Source of the DNA: Deltaproteobacteria bacterium TL4
Lineage (GTDB): Bacteria > SAR324 > NAC60-12
Direction: 5' to 3'
NCBI GenBank assembly: GCA_051382335.1
Contig: JBBCAX010000022.1
Location: forward strand, 1 to 45,176
DNA length: 45,176 nucleotides
This document shows, one piece after another, positions 29,914 through 39,920 of this stretch. Both the position numbers and the translations under genes were made by a program. Each line of letters begins with the position of its first letter. The first letter of the stretch is position 1. The notes under the pieces were generated by a model, which was given only the letters and a program-made list of their open reading frames with translations, was not told where the DNA came from and did no database searches.

Positions 29914-30897
29914 TCACGATGGACTCGAACGGTATTTCCAGTGGTGACAACTCACTTCATGTTTATCCTGAACCACTTCGAGTTGAGGTCGTTGGGTGTG
30001 ACAGAGGTCTGTCCTATAGGAACAACGGTTTTGAAAACGACACCCTGCAGGCAGGCTATGAAGATCGGGGACCATGCCCTCAATGGTTTGCAAACGGGAC
30101 TTTGAAGGTGTATCCAAACGCGGAATTGAGGACAAGAGTCCAAGCGTGTAAGGATGTTTCGGTTCATGGAAAATATCCTCCACCGAAGCTTTTTCAACAA
30201 CTTGTCCTGCATACATGACCACCACCTCATCACACATTTCCGCAATCACTCCCAAATCATGAGTAATGAAAATGATGGCCATTTGAAGCTCAGCCTGTAG
30301 TGTTTTCATTAAGTCCAGAATCTGGGCTTGAATGGTGACATCCAGTGCCGTGGTGGGTTCATCTGCAATCAAAAGGTCCGGTTTACAAACAAGGGCCATC
30401 GCAATCATCACCCGTTGGCGCATTCCGCCTGAGAGTTGGTGAGGATAATCCTTAATTCGTTTCTCGGGGTCAGGAATTCCCACTTTTCTCAAAATATCCA
30501 GAGACGCCTCATAGACCGGTCCTTTTTTCATGCCGGGGTTGTGCAAAAACAGAGTTTCCGCAACTTGCTTTCCAATGCGGTGAACAGGATTCAGCGCTGT
30601 CAGGGGTTCTTGAAAGATCATTGAAATATGATTTCCCCGTATCGAATGCATCTGTTGAGCCGGTAATTTCAACAAATCCTGTCCTCTAAAAAGCACTTCC
30701 CCGGACACGATACGTCCCGAGGGTTTGGGCAATAGTTGAGTGATGGATAAGGCGGTCACACTTTTTCCGCAACCAGACTCCCCCACGATGCCCAGGATCT
30801 GTCCCTGTTCCACCTCAAAACTAACGCCATCCACGGCACAGACACTCCCCTCTTCCGTATCAAACGCTGTCACTAAATCTCGTACTTGAAGCAGCAC
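29914..30897 (-). CDS. Oligopeptide ABC transporter ATPase (OppD/DppD type)
   Basis: [29 protein letters not shown]-terminal CRFQNRC..C..C. Confidence 0.96.
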   Translation of the reverse strand: MLLQVRDLVTAFDTEEGSVCAVDGVSFEVEQGQILGIVGESGCGKSVTALSITQLLPKPSGRIVSGEVLFRGQDLLKLPAQQMHSIRGNHISMIFQEPLTALNPVHRIGKQVAETLFLHNPGMKKGPVYEASLDILRKVGIPDPEKRIKDYPHQLSGGMRQRVMIAMALVCKPDLLIADEPTTALDVTIQAQILDLMKTLQAELQMAIIFITHDLGVIAEMCDEVVVMYAGQVVEKASVEDIFHEPKHPYTLGLLSSIPRLDTPSKSRLQTIEGMVPDLHSLPAGCRFQNRCSYRTDLCHTQRPQLEVVQDKHEVSCHHWKYRSSPS

Positions 30898-30898
30898 C

Positions 30899-32689
30899 TT
30901 AATCCTTTTTGTAAGTCTTATCCATCAGCAGTACAGGTTCAAATGTTTTTCCGGACTTCATCGCTTTTTCGGTTTCGGACTTCAGGTCGGGATCGAGCCA
31001 AAAAGTTCCAGTTCCAAAAGGTTCAAAGGCAGAATCTGACATTTTCGTTGCGGGTACCTTGGGGAATTTCCACCAACGCCAATAGATTTCACGAAAATAA
31101 CCCACTTTGTACGTTGGAACATAGACCCCGAGTTCGTGGATCTTTTCCTGTATCTGTTTGGACAACTGAATCCGTTCTTTGACATCCGTTGAATTCTGAA
31201 ACTTATCAATCAGTTTATCCATTTCAGGATCCGCCGTATTGGTGATATTGTTGGTTTGAGGTTTGTTGGCGTTTTCGGAATGGTAAAACTCCCAGTATTG
31301 AGGGCGTAACCCGACACCAAAAGCAATCCAGGCCACTTCGTGTTTCTTTTCCAGTACCAATTTGAAGGCGGAACTTCCATCAAGCCTTTGTAAATTCAGT
31401 TCAATGCCCGCTTTTTTGGCTTCCTCTTTTAAGACCACCAACCTTTCCGTATGAGGTTCCGCGGAATACACCACTTGAACCGAGTAGCGTTGAGTTCCTT
31501 TTTCCCAAATCCCATCAGAACCCCGATTCCAGCCATCGGAGGTCATCAATTCTTCAACTTTTTGAATATTAAATTCTCTGGCCCGAATCTCCGTATTGGT
31601 ATACTCCCCATAACCTGTGAATTGATTGTGTAAGCGGCTATAATCCCCTCTCAACACGCCTTTTAAAAGTAGGTCCATATTGATCGCATGGGCAAAAGCG
31701 TATCGTCGTTTAGGGGACTGAAAGATCTCTTTGAGTTGATTCAACCAAAAGCCATAAGAAGGCTGCGGGGCATCCGTATAAAACCAAATTTTATGGGCAT
31801 ACCCCTTATTGGAGATCTCCAAATCGTTGGCTTTTTGATGCCAATAAGCGGGAAGGGTCAGTCCAAAGCTGGAGAGTTTTTCTTTTTTAAAATATTCGAA
31901 AGCGGTGGTTGTGTCACGGATCACAGTGATCATAACGGTATCCACATTGAATCGGCCCTTGAAATATTTTAAATCCTTGGCCCACCAGTTTTGCTGCCTT
32001 TTGAAGAGGACACTTTTTCCCTTTGAGATTTTTTCAATCTGATAGGGCCCTGTGTTGGGAACAATTTCCCAATTAAATTGGCGTACAAAATTACTATTAA
32101 GTTTGCCGTAAAAATGTCTGGGTGTGGGAGCCAAAGCCAGTGTCAGAGGCAAATCAGGTATCGCCTTTTTGGAAACAACAGCCAACGTTAAATCGTCATA
32201 TTTTATAATTTTATCAATTTCTTCGGTATAATAATTATTGTACCACGGCGCAATAATGTGTTTGGACCTCATGAATTCCAAAGTAAACAAAAAATCATCG
32301 GCCGTCACTTGATGTCCATCAGACCAACGGGCCTTGGGATTCAATTTGAAATACATGGTTTTTTTATCTGGATCAAACGCCCAGTGGGTCGCAAGTTCCG
32401 GCAGGATTTCTTCGGTATTGGGGTGAATCCCTATTAAACTCATCTGGTTGCCGGTTATATTCGCGCGGAAACCACTGTTGGAGTCAGGTCCGACAACACG
32501 TAAGGTCAAAGGAAAGGCCTCCATGTAGGTATAATAGGTTCCTCCTATTTTCGCATTGGGGTCAGCAAAAACTTCAGCCGTATCGTTGGTTTCCCATTTT
32601 ATTCCTTCAGGTAGGGATTCGGCAACAACCATAGCTCCCGGGAGAACCAAGCCCAAGATCAGCAACAGCCCGTACTTAATAAAATTCAT
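30899..32689 (-). CDS. Family-5 solute-binding protein (YejA-like)
   Basis: A..GG, P.A.WSDG.VTADD, TGPY motifs. Start placed at ATG 32689 after SD GGAGG and before a signal peptide. Confidence 0.92.
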   Translation of the reverse strand: MNFIKYGLLLILGLVLPGAMVVAESLPEGIKWETNDTAEVFADPNAKIGGTYYTYMEAFPLTLRVVGPDSNSGFRANITGNQMSLIGIHPNTEEILPELATHWAFDPDKKTMYFKLNPKARWSDGHQVTADDFLFTLEFMRSKHIIAPWYNNYYTEEIDKIIKYDDLTLAVVSKKAIPDLPLTLALAPTPRHFYGKLNSNFVRQFNWEIVPNTGPYQIEKISKGKSVLFKRQQNWWAKDLKYFKGRFNVDTVMITVIRDTTTAFEYFKKEKLSSFGLTLPAYWHQKANDLEISNKGYAHKIWFYTDAPQPSYGFWLNQLKEIFQSPKRRYAFAHAINMDLLLKGVLRGDYSRLHNQFTGYGEYTNTEIRAREFNIQKVEELMTSDGWNRGSDGIWEKGTQRYSVQVVYSAEPHTERLVVLKEEAKKAGIELNLQRLDGSSAFKLVLEKKHEVAWIAFGVGLRPQYWEFYHSENANKPQTNNITNTADPEMDKLIDKFQNSTDVKERIQLSKQIQEKIHELGVYVPTYKVGYFREIYWRWWKFPKVPATKMSDSAFEPFGTGTFWLDPDLKSETEKAMKSGKTFEPVLLMDKTYKKD

Positions 32690-32705
32690 CAATTTCCTCC
32701 TTTTT

Positions 32706-33749
32706 TTATTCATAAAGGGTGTACATTTTGGGATCAAAGGCTTCTCGAATGGCTTCTCCAATAAACGTAATGGTGACCATGACCAGGACCAACGCTGCCA
32801 CGGTAGAAGAAATAATCCAGATCGCCTGTAAGTTGTTTGTCCCTTGTTGTAAGAGCTCCCCCCAACTTGGTGTGGGTGCCGGTAAGCCGAACCCCAGGTA
32901 ATCCAGGGAAGTCAACGCGGAGATGCCTCCTGCCACAGAAAAAGGGATAAACGTGACAATTAAAGAAATGGAATTAGGTAAAATATGCAAAAAAATAATT
33001 CTTGAATTTGAGGCCCCCAAAGCTTTAGCCGCCAAAACATATTCCCGATTTTTCTCTTTATAGGTTGCCGTCCGCATATACCAGGTAATCGACATCCAGC
33101 CAAAAATAACAGAAATCAGAACCAGGACAACTAACTCAGGGATCACAATCGAAGAGATGATCATGATGATATACAAAAAGGGAACAGAGGACCAAATTTC
33201 GATGACGCGTTGAAATAAAAGGTCAAAGAGGCCTCCGACATATCCCATCAAACAGCCTAACGCAATACCAATGGAAAAATTAATCACCAACAATAACAAC
33301 GAGTAGGCGATACACACCCGGAAACCGTAAACCAACCTGGCCATGACATCGCGACCGATGGCATCGGTTCCTAAATAATGCTGAGCGTGCCATGAAGGGG
33401 CAAATGGTGGAAATTCGTTTTCCCGTGAATCAATCTCAAAAGCGTTATAGGGAACAAGGGGCATGATGACAAAATCGGAACGCTTTTCCTGAGTCAACTT
33501 TTTTTGCAGCACCCTGTAATTTGTTTCATAGTCATAATCCAAACCAAAAACATTTCCCGGAATCATATCGCCATAGGTTGGGAAATAAACGTCTCCCTCA
33601 TAATAAACAACCAAGGCCCGGTGATTGATCCAAAGCTCCGAGAGGAGGGCCAGGATTAACAGAAAACAAAATACAATGAAAGAATAATATCCGCGCTTGA
33701 TGGACTTAAAGCGTTTTATTTTTTTGAGTGTGAGAGGGTTCAAAAGCAT
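32706..33749 (-). CDS. ABC permease (YejE/OppC-like)
   Basis: LGTD..GRD..ARLVYGFR, EYV.AAKALG, LGFGLP.PTPSWG. Confidence 0.94.
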   Translation of the reverse strand: MLLNPLTLKKIKRFKSIKRGYYSFIVFCFLLILALLSELWINHRALVVYYEGDVYFPTYGDMIPGNVFGLDYDYETNYRVLQKKLTQEKRSDFVIMPLVPYNAFEIDSRENEFPPFAPSWHAQHYLGTDAIGRDVMARLVYGFRVCIAYSLLLLVINFSIGIALGCLMGYVGGLFDLLFQRVIEIWSSVPFLYIIMIISSIVIPELVVLVLISVIFGWMSITWYMRTATYKEKNREYVLAAKALGASNSRIIFLHILPNSISLIVTFIPFSVAGGISALTSLDYLGFGLPAPTPSWGELLQQGTNNLQAIWIISSTVAALVLVMVTITFIGEAIREAFDPKMYTLYE

Positions 33750-33760
33750 AGGTGGTTTTA

Positions 33761-34789
33761 CTAAAATTTAATTCGTGGATCGACTAGCGCGACACATAAG
33801 TCGGACAAGATATTTCCCAGCAAGCCTAAAATGGAAGAGATGACGAGCACCCCCAAAACAACAGGATAATCCCGTTCTACCAAAGATTCAAACCCCAACA
33901 GTCCCAAGCCATCAATATTAAACACTTTTTCGATCAAAAAGGACCCGGCTAAAAACAGGCTGAGATTATTGCCGAAATGAGTCGCCAAAGGGATGATACT
34001 GTTACGGAAAGCATGTTTCAAAACCGCTCGGTTGAAGGTGTTCCCTTTCGAGATTGCGGTACGGACATAGTCTGACGCCAAATTATCCATGATTGTGTTT
34101 TTCATCAAAAAGGTCATAGTCGCAAATCCTCCCAACATATAAGCAATTAAGGGGAGCACCGAGTGATGGAAAACATCCCAGAGCTGTTCTCCAAGTTCCA
34201 TATCCTCAAACCCCTCGCTCACAAATCCCCCCAAGGGAAACCAATCCCATTGAGCCGCAGGCCAGACGAATAATATAATCGCGACAATGAACCCGGGCAA
34301 CGCATACCCTAACAGAACCAGAATCGAGGAAAAACTATCAATAAAGGTTCTATGTTTGATCGCTTTAAAAACCCCCAAAGGAATACAAACCAGATACGTT
34401 AAAATCGTGGTGATTACGCCATAATAGATAGAAACAGGCAGCTTGTCTTTGATGATCGCCCAGACAGGGTCATAATATCGGGTTGATGTCCCCAAATCCA
34501 GTACCAGCAACTTTTTCACCCAGTCCCCATAACTCCTGAGGACCGGTTTATCGAAGCCATAAAATTTTTTTAACTCGTCTATTTGCTCAGGAGAAAGCGG
34601 TGTGGCATTCTGGGTTGATTTCTGAAAACCGGAACCGGAAGCTTCCCCCATCTTCATGGTCCTTGCTTCGGCAACAATCTTTTCGACTGGACCTCCCGGA
34701 ACAAAGCGGGTAATGGTAAAAACGATCAGTGTGATCCCAAAAAATGTGGGAATGACAAGCAGCAGTCGACGAATCAGATAACTGACCAT
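33761..34789 (-). CDS. ABC permease (YejB/OppB-like)
   Basis: PGGPVE, YGFDKP, DYVRTA..KG, HAFRNS, RDYPVV, DPRI. Confidence 0.94.
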   Translation of the reverse strand: MVSYLIRRLLLVIPTFFGITLIVFTITRFVPGGPVEKIVAEARTMKMGEASGSGFQKSTQNATPLSPEQIDELKKFYGFDKPVLRSYGDWVKKLLVLDLGTSTRYYDPVWAIIKDKLPVSIYYGVITTILTYLVCIPLGVFKAIKHRTFIDSFSSILVLLGYALPGFIVAIILFVWPAAQWDWFPLGGFVSEGFEDMELGEQLWDVFHHSVLPLIAYMLGGFATMTFLMKNTIMDNLASDYVRTAISKGNTFNRAVLKHAFRNSIIPLATHFGNNLSLFLAGSFLIEKVFNIDGLGLLGFESLVERDYPVVLGVLVISSILGLLGNILSDLCVALVDPRIKF

Positions 34790-34933
34790 GATTCAAATCC
34801 CTTGAGTTGTGAGTATATTTAGAAAATCCAAATTTTTCCATGGTTCTCTTGAATTTTAATCAAGCAGCAGATATTACATGTTGACAAAAATCAAGAAAAA
34901 ACGCTCAAACTTTCTTAACTAAAAAGAGGAGGG

Positions 34934-35002
34934 ATGAAACAAATTAAAATTAAGGCACGAACTCTATTCAACAAACAACTAGCAGCGAAAACATGGACAT
35001 GA
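34934..35002 (+). CDS. Putative 22-aa leader peptide MKQIKIKARTLFNKQLAAKTWT
   Basis: Strong SD AAGAGGAGG just upstream; its TGA overlaps ATG 34999 of the AI-2E gene (ATGA). Confidence 0.4.
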   Translation: MKQIKIKARTLFNKQLAAKTWT

Positions 35003-36312
35003 TTGCATTTATCCAAAAATGGGGGAGAGTAGGCATTATCTTGAGTCTCATTCTCGCCCTTGTGGGAGTGCTTTTCTTTTTAAACGCCATCCTTTTCCCT
35101 TTCATTTTGGCGGCTTTTCTGGCCTATGTCCTTGCTCCTGTCATTCACCATATGAATCAGTGGAAAATAAGAGGTCGCAAAATCCCCAGAGGTGCAGCCA
35201 TCCTCATTGTCTACTTGATACTCCTGGAGTTATCCATTGGAGGCGGTTCTTACCTGATTCCTAATGTCACCAATGAATTAACAGGAATGCTGAATGAACT
35301 TCCGGACGAAATCAACGTCGTTTCCAAAAAATGGATTCCCGAAATTGAAACGCAAATAGAAAAATGGGTGGCCTTTTTCCCAAAACTCCAAGACGACGCT
35401 AATGCTGAGCCGCCCCTTGAAAACACGCAACGCCCCTCCAGTAAAAAACCGCTGGACCCTTTAGCCCGGGAACTCCACCCCTGGAATTTATTGTTAGCCA
35501 ATTATACCTTTGAAATCCGTACGATTGAGCCTGGCCGGATGGAGGTTATTCCTAAAAAGAGAGTATCTTCCAACGGAAACACCCCCAAAGAAGTGGATCT
35601 TCAACTTCAACTTTCTGAACTGGTACAAGACGGGATCAAACGTTTTAAATCAGACTTGATTGAATTTTTAAATCTTGGACGAAAAGTGATCACACGAATT
35701 GCCGGCTCTATTTTCTCCATTTTCCTCACCTTTATGGTTTCCGCCTTTATTCTTGTGGATGTGGACCGTATTCTGGAGTTTAATCGGTCCCTTCTACCTA
35801 AGCGTTATCATCGCGCTTATGATCAATTTTTAGTCAAACTGGATAGTGGCCTCAGTGGGGTGGTTCGGGGACAATTGATTATTTGCATGGTTAATGGGGC
35901 TCTCACTGGAATTGGCTTGGTATGGATTGGAGTCCCGTTTGCCTTTACTTTGGCGATTCTGGCCACCATTTGTTCCCTGATTCCTATCTTCGGGACTTTC
36001 TTATCATCGGTTCCCATCATCATCATGGGGTTGACGGTTTCATTCACGACAGCTTTATTATCGATAGGGTGGGTGTTGATGATTCATTTCATAGAAGCTA
36101 ATTTTCTAAATCCAAAAATCATGGGCACCGCCGCTAAAATTCACCCTGTATTGATTATATTCGTTCTCGTTGCCGGTGAATATGTCGCGGGTTTGGCGGG
36201 CGCCTTACTGGCAGTACCCATTTTTTCAATTATTCAAACCATGTTTTTATTTTTTAAAAGTTTTATTGAGGACTTGGAACAACAAACTTATGCTTCACAA
36301 AAAACAGCATAA
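34993..36312 (+). CDS. AI-2E (PerM/TqsA) family transporter
   Basis: PFILAAFLAYVL.P, VRGQL, LIP.FG, IE.NFL.PKIMG, HP...G..GALLAVP. Confidence 0.92.
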   Translation: MDMIAFIQKWGRVGIILSLILALVGVLFFLNAILFPFILAAFLAYVLAPVIHHMNQWKIRGRKIPRGAAILIVYLILLELSIGGGSYLIPNVTNELTGMLNELPDEINVVSKKWIPEIETQIEKWVAFFPKLQDDANAEPPLENTQRPSSKKPLDPLARELHPWNLLLANYTFEIRTIEPGRMEVIPKKRVSSNGNTPKEVDLQLQLSELVQDGIKRFKSDLIEFLNLGRKVITRIAGSIFSIFLTFMVSAFILVDVDRILEFNRSLLPKRYHRAYDQFLVKLDSGLSGVVRGQLIICMVNGALTGIGLVWIGVPFAFTLAILATICSLIPIFGTFLSSVPIIIMGLTVSFTTALLSIGWVLMIHFIEANFLNPKIMGTAAKIHPVLIIFVLVAGEYVAGLAGALLAVPIFSIIQTMFLFFKSFIEDLEQQTYASQKTA

Positions 36313-36375
36313 GGCCAAGCGCTTAAAATGTTTTAGAGCCCCCTCATTCCTTGACCATTATTAACGGAGAACTCC

Positions 36376-37842
36376 TTGGACAGACAACTTAAAGTATTAT
36401 TTGTGATATCTGAAGTAGAAGGTTTAATCAAAACAGGAGGTTTAGCTGATATTGGGAGGGCACTCCCTTTGGCGCTAAGACGAAAAGGGCATGATGTGAG
36501 AATCGTTCTGCCATACTACCTGACCCTTTCACTGAAACAGAACGTCGAAACCACTCGCATTATTAACTCATTACCCGTGGCCATGGGAACAGGGAATGTG
36601 GGTTGCGCCATTCACGAAACCCAACTGGAAGGGATTCCTGTATATTTTGTAGAACACCATGATTATTTCTCAAGACCGCGACCTTATGATGATGGAAGCC
36701 ATGAATATATGGATAATGCTGAACGCTTTGGCTTTTTATCAAGAGCGGTTTTTCCTTTGTGTCAAGCTCTCGATTTTTCTCCGGATATCATCCATTGCCA
36801 TGATTGGCAAACAGCCATGATCCCCTACTATCTAAAATTTCATGAACAATATAATCCGTTTTTTAAAAAAACCCGATCCGTCCTGACTATTCACAATGCG
36901 GCTTTTCAAGGACATTTCTCGCCTCATTCACTCCCCTTTCTGGGAATTTTACCCCAGGCTTTTGTTCCCGAAGGCTTTGAAGATTATGGACACATCAACT
37001 TGTTAAAAGGTGGGATCACTTTTGCCGATTTCATCACAACCGTCAGTCCAGGATATGCTGAAGAACTGTTAACACCTGCGGGGGCACATGGACTCCATGC
37101 AACGTTTTTACGGAGAGAGTCCCACTTTCTAGGCATCCTGAATGGCTGTGATTACGATACCTGGAATCCTCAGACGGATCCCTGGATTCCTATGCAATAT
37201 TCTGCCAAAAACTTAACGGGCAAACAAGTATGCAAACAGGCGCTGCAACAGCGTTTTGGTTTCCAGGAAGATCGGAACATTCCTGTGATTGGAATCATCA
37301 GCCGTTTAACAGAGCAAAAAGGCTTCTCTTTTTCCTTACCCGCCTTGGCACAACTATTGAGAGGGGACCTTCAGGTAGTGATCCTTGGCGTTGGAGACCG
37401 CTGGGTGGAACAATCCCTGGAGCAATTCGTCAAAGCCTATCCCCAAAAAATTGCCTGGGACAATGCCTACGACTGGAAAATCGCGCATTGGATTGAAGCA
37501 GGAAGTGATTTCTTTTTGATGCCTTCACTCTATGAACCCTGTGGGCTCAATCAAATGTATAGCTTGAGATATGGAACCCTTCCGATTGTGAGGGCTGTTG
37601 GCGGACTGAAAGACACTGTACAGAATTATTTAGAAGATCCCAGAACGGGAACAGGATTTGTCTTCAATGAGGCTACCGCTCAAGCTGTTCAAGATTGTCT
37701 TCAACAGGCAATCAATCTCTTTACCTATCAAAAACAGGACTTCAGCAAACTCATCAAAAACGCTATGAGCCAGTGTTTTGATTGGAACCAGTCTGCCACC
37801 GACTATGAAGAAGTATATCAGCAAAATTTGAGTCCGGTCTGA
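36376..37842 (+). CDS. glgA: Glycogen synthase
   Basis: KTGGLAD, HCHDWQ, TIHN, SRL..QKG, PSLYEPCGLNQMY.LRYG. TTG start. Confidence 0.96.
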   Translation: MDRQLKVLFVISEVEGLIKTGGLADIGRALPLALRRKGHDVRIVLPYYLTLSLKQNVETTRIINSLPVAMGTGNVGCAIHETQLEGIPVYFVEHHDYFSRPRPYDDGSHEYMDNAERFGFLSRAVFPLCQALDFSPDIIHCHDWQTAMIPYYLKFHEQYNPFFKKTRSVLTIHNAAFQGHFSPHSLPFLGILPQAFVPEGFEDYGHINLLKGGITFADFITTVSPGYAEELLTPAGAHGLHATFLRRESHFLGILNGCDYDTWNPQTDPWIPMQYSAKNLTGKQVCKQALQQRFGFQEDRNIPVIGIISRLTEQKGFSFSLPALAQLLRGDLQVVILGVGDRWVEQSLEQFVKAYPQKIAWDNAYDWKIAHWIEAGSDFFLMPSLYEPCGLNQMYSLRYGTLPIVRAVGGLKDTVQNYLEDPRTGTGFVFNEATAQAVQDCLQQAINLFTYQKQDFSKLIKNAMSQCFDWNQSATDYEEVYQQNLSPV

Positions 37843-37860
37843 TTTTTCTCAAATCAGACC
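37836..37860. terminator. Perfect 10-bp hairpin between convergent genes
   Basis: GGTCTGATTT-ttctc-AAATCAGACC; no strong U-tract. Confidence 0.5.
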
Positions 37861-37890
37861 TGATTTGGCTCAAACCTCACTATTGAAAGG

Positions 37891-38094
37891 TTAGCTTATT
37901 GAAAGTCGATCCGCTTTAGTGCAATCGGCTCGCCATAAGCACAGGTCCTGTCCACAGATATCCGAGGTTCCTGTCGCGTAGCAAGGCTGGTTGCCTTCGC
38001 TGCTTTGAAGGGTTTTAATCAAATCTTTCTTAATTTGGGATTGAGGATCAATTCCTCGTTTAAGGGCAATCGCCCTGATTTCTTTCAGTGTCAT
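37891..38094 (-). CDS. Small SAP/Rho-N-like protein with 4-Cys C-terminal motif (67 aa)
   Basis: M...EIR.IA...GI......K.DLI..LQ..EGN.PCY.TG....C.Q..CLWR.DC. Start re-assigned to ATG 38094 after AAGGA. Confidence 0.8.
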   Translation of the reverse strand: MTLKEIRAIALKRGIDPQSQIKKDLIKTLQSSEGNQPCYATGTSDICGQDLCLWRADCTKADRLSIS

Positions 38095-38216
38095 AATTTT
38101 TCCTTGGTTACCATGGTTAATCTGATATACTGACTTCAATACCAGATGCATAAACTTCGCAAAAGGGGCCTTTTGTGAATCTGTAAACGCTCTTTTAAAG
38201 CATATACGCCAAACAT

Positions 38217-38310
38217 TAGCAAAATGATAGCAAAATGAGCTTGTCAAATTGTATTTTATTACCTATTGCGTACTTGGAGGGAGCAAATGAATTTGGTGTT
38301 CATTTTGCTC
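38217..38310. promoter_or_regulatory. Four copies of an AGCAAA(A)TGA motif and an overlapping sigma54-like -24/-12 element
   Basis: TAGCAAAATGA x2 in tandem (38217-38238); AGCAAATGA (38282-90); inverted TCATTTTGCT (38300-09). TTGG-TGTTCATTTT-GCT gives GG-N10-GC at 38295-38308. Confidence 0.45.
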
Positions 38311-38420
38311 TGAGTTTGTGTTGATATTAAAAAACTTAGACAGTTATGATGTTCTCGTGAGTGATGAGTTCTGAATATCTCTGTAGCTAACCGATTTATG
38401 TATAAACAAGAGGAGTCATT

Positions 38421-39857
38421 GTGTCAGTAATGGAAAAAGCATTGAACCGTCTCATCCCTGAGACTATAAAAAACGACCTGAGCTTGCACTTTTCTGCCAA
38501 AATGATTGTTTATTTTTCGGTGGTCTTGTTCGTCGTGAGTTTGTTGTATATCGTCAGGTTTTTAGATTTGGGCTTTGAGGAGGGTGCCCTCGGTAGCGTG
38601 GGAACCGCAATCCTTGCTTTTATTTTTCCGGTTATCTTGAAAAAAACCGAATCTGTTCCGCTGACAGCGAATCTCTACACCTTGTTGATTTGCAGCTTTT
38701 TATACTTCTCTATCTTTCACACCGGAGGATTTCATTCTGTGGTCCTCTTGTGGATGGCACTGATTCCACTGATTGCGGTGATTCTTGCCGGTTCCCGAAG
38801 TGGTTGGTTTTGGGGGTTGATCGCCCTGGTGATTGTTTTGCTTACGGCCTGGCTGGAATTTGATGGGGATTTTCATTTTCCCCAAACGATTGTTCCCACG
38901 AAGGAACAGACTCAGGATTTGATTGTCTCCAATGCCATTTTTGTGATCCTGCTTACCCTGCTGGGACAAATATTTTCGAAAAGCAAAGAAAACAGTTTCA
39001 ACGCTTTTCTAAAATCTCAGGCGAAAACCGAAGAAATTGCAGGAAATCTTCAAAAAGTAATCAAAGAAGTAGCGGATACCTCAAGAGAACTGAGACAAAC
39101 CGCAGGACAATCGGATGATGCCAGTAAGGAGATGCAGGTGGCGTCAACCGAAATCGCGGAGTCCACTGACAGGGAAGCCCAGAATCTTCAGGAAGTTCAA
39201 CACAATGTGGAGCAACTGGTTGTTCTGTTTAATGAAATTGCCAACCGAGCTAAAGACATTCAACAACATTCCAATGAATCACAAAAAAGTGCGGCACGGG
39301 GAGTCGAAGCCGCTGAAAAAACCAATCAGACCATGAAACAAATCGAGGACAGCAGCAGAAAAATTGCGGGAATTGTTAATGTAATTACCGATATTGCCAA
39401 TCAGACGAACTTACTGTCTTTGAATGCGGCAATTGAGGCGGCAAAAGCGGGTGAGCTTGGAAAAGGATTTGCGGTTGTTGCCGATGAAGTACGGAACCTG
39501 GCGGAGAAAAGTAGTGTCTCCGTTACTGAAATTCAAAAACTGGTGGATTTCAGTAATCACAATGTTCAGAAAGGCAATTCTGTGATCAAGGATACTGCGG
39601 TAATTCTTAATGAAATTATTTCTGAAATTGGAGATATTTCTCAGCAAATCAATACGATTACTGAAACCATCCTCAAACAAAATGTCATGATTGCGTCGAT
39701 TAACAATGCGGTCAAAAGTATTTCTTCAGGAAGCGAAACCACAGCCGCTGCTGCAGAACAACTTTCTGCAACCGCACGGTTAGCGGCAAAGAGCAATCAG
39801 GAATTACATTCCCTGGCCGAGCGACTCAGTGAAAAAGTAGCGGAGTATCATCAATAA
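38421..39857 (+). CDS. Methyl-accepting chemotaxis protein with multi-TM intramembrane sensor
   Basis: About six TMs; [37 protein letters not shown] hairpin signature. Confidence 0.95.
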   Translation: MSVMEKALNRLIPETIKNDLSLHFSAKMIVYFSVVLFVVSLLYIVRFLDLGFEEGALGSVGTAILAFIFPVILKKTESVPLTANLYTLLICSFLYFSIFHTGGFHSVVLLWMALIPLIAVILAGSRSGWFWGLIALVIVLLTAWLEFDGDFHFPQTIVPTKEQTQDLIVSNAIFVILLTLLGQIFSKSKENSFNAFLKSQAKTEEIAGNLQKVIKEVADTSRELRQTAGQSDDASKEMQVASTEIAESTDREAQNLQEVQHNVEQLVVLFNEIANRAKDIQQHSNESQKSAARGVEAAEKTNQTMKQIEDSSRKIAGIVNVITDIANQTNLLSLNAAIEAAKAGELGKGFAVVADEVRNLAEKSSVSVTEIQKLVDFSNHNVQKGNSVIKDTAVILNEIISEIGDISQQINTITETILKQNVMIASINNAVKSISSGSETTAAAAEQLSATARLAAKSNQELHSLAERLSEKVAEYHQ

Positions 39858-39920
39858 AGGGAGCGAAAGACGATTAACCTTATTCACTGAAGAGGAAACC
39901 TTCACCACAGAGCTGAAAGC

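Noticed and set aside
29826..30218. 130-aa plus-strand ORF
   Set aside because: Mostly antisense to the ABC ATPase, with no recognisable motif.
38095..38247. N-terminal extension of the 118-aa ORF call
   Set aside because: The family pattern and SD point to ATG 38094; the extension overlaps probable regulatory DNA.
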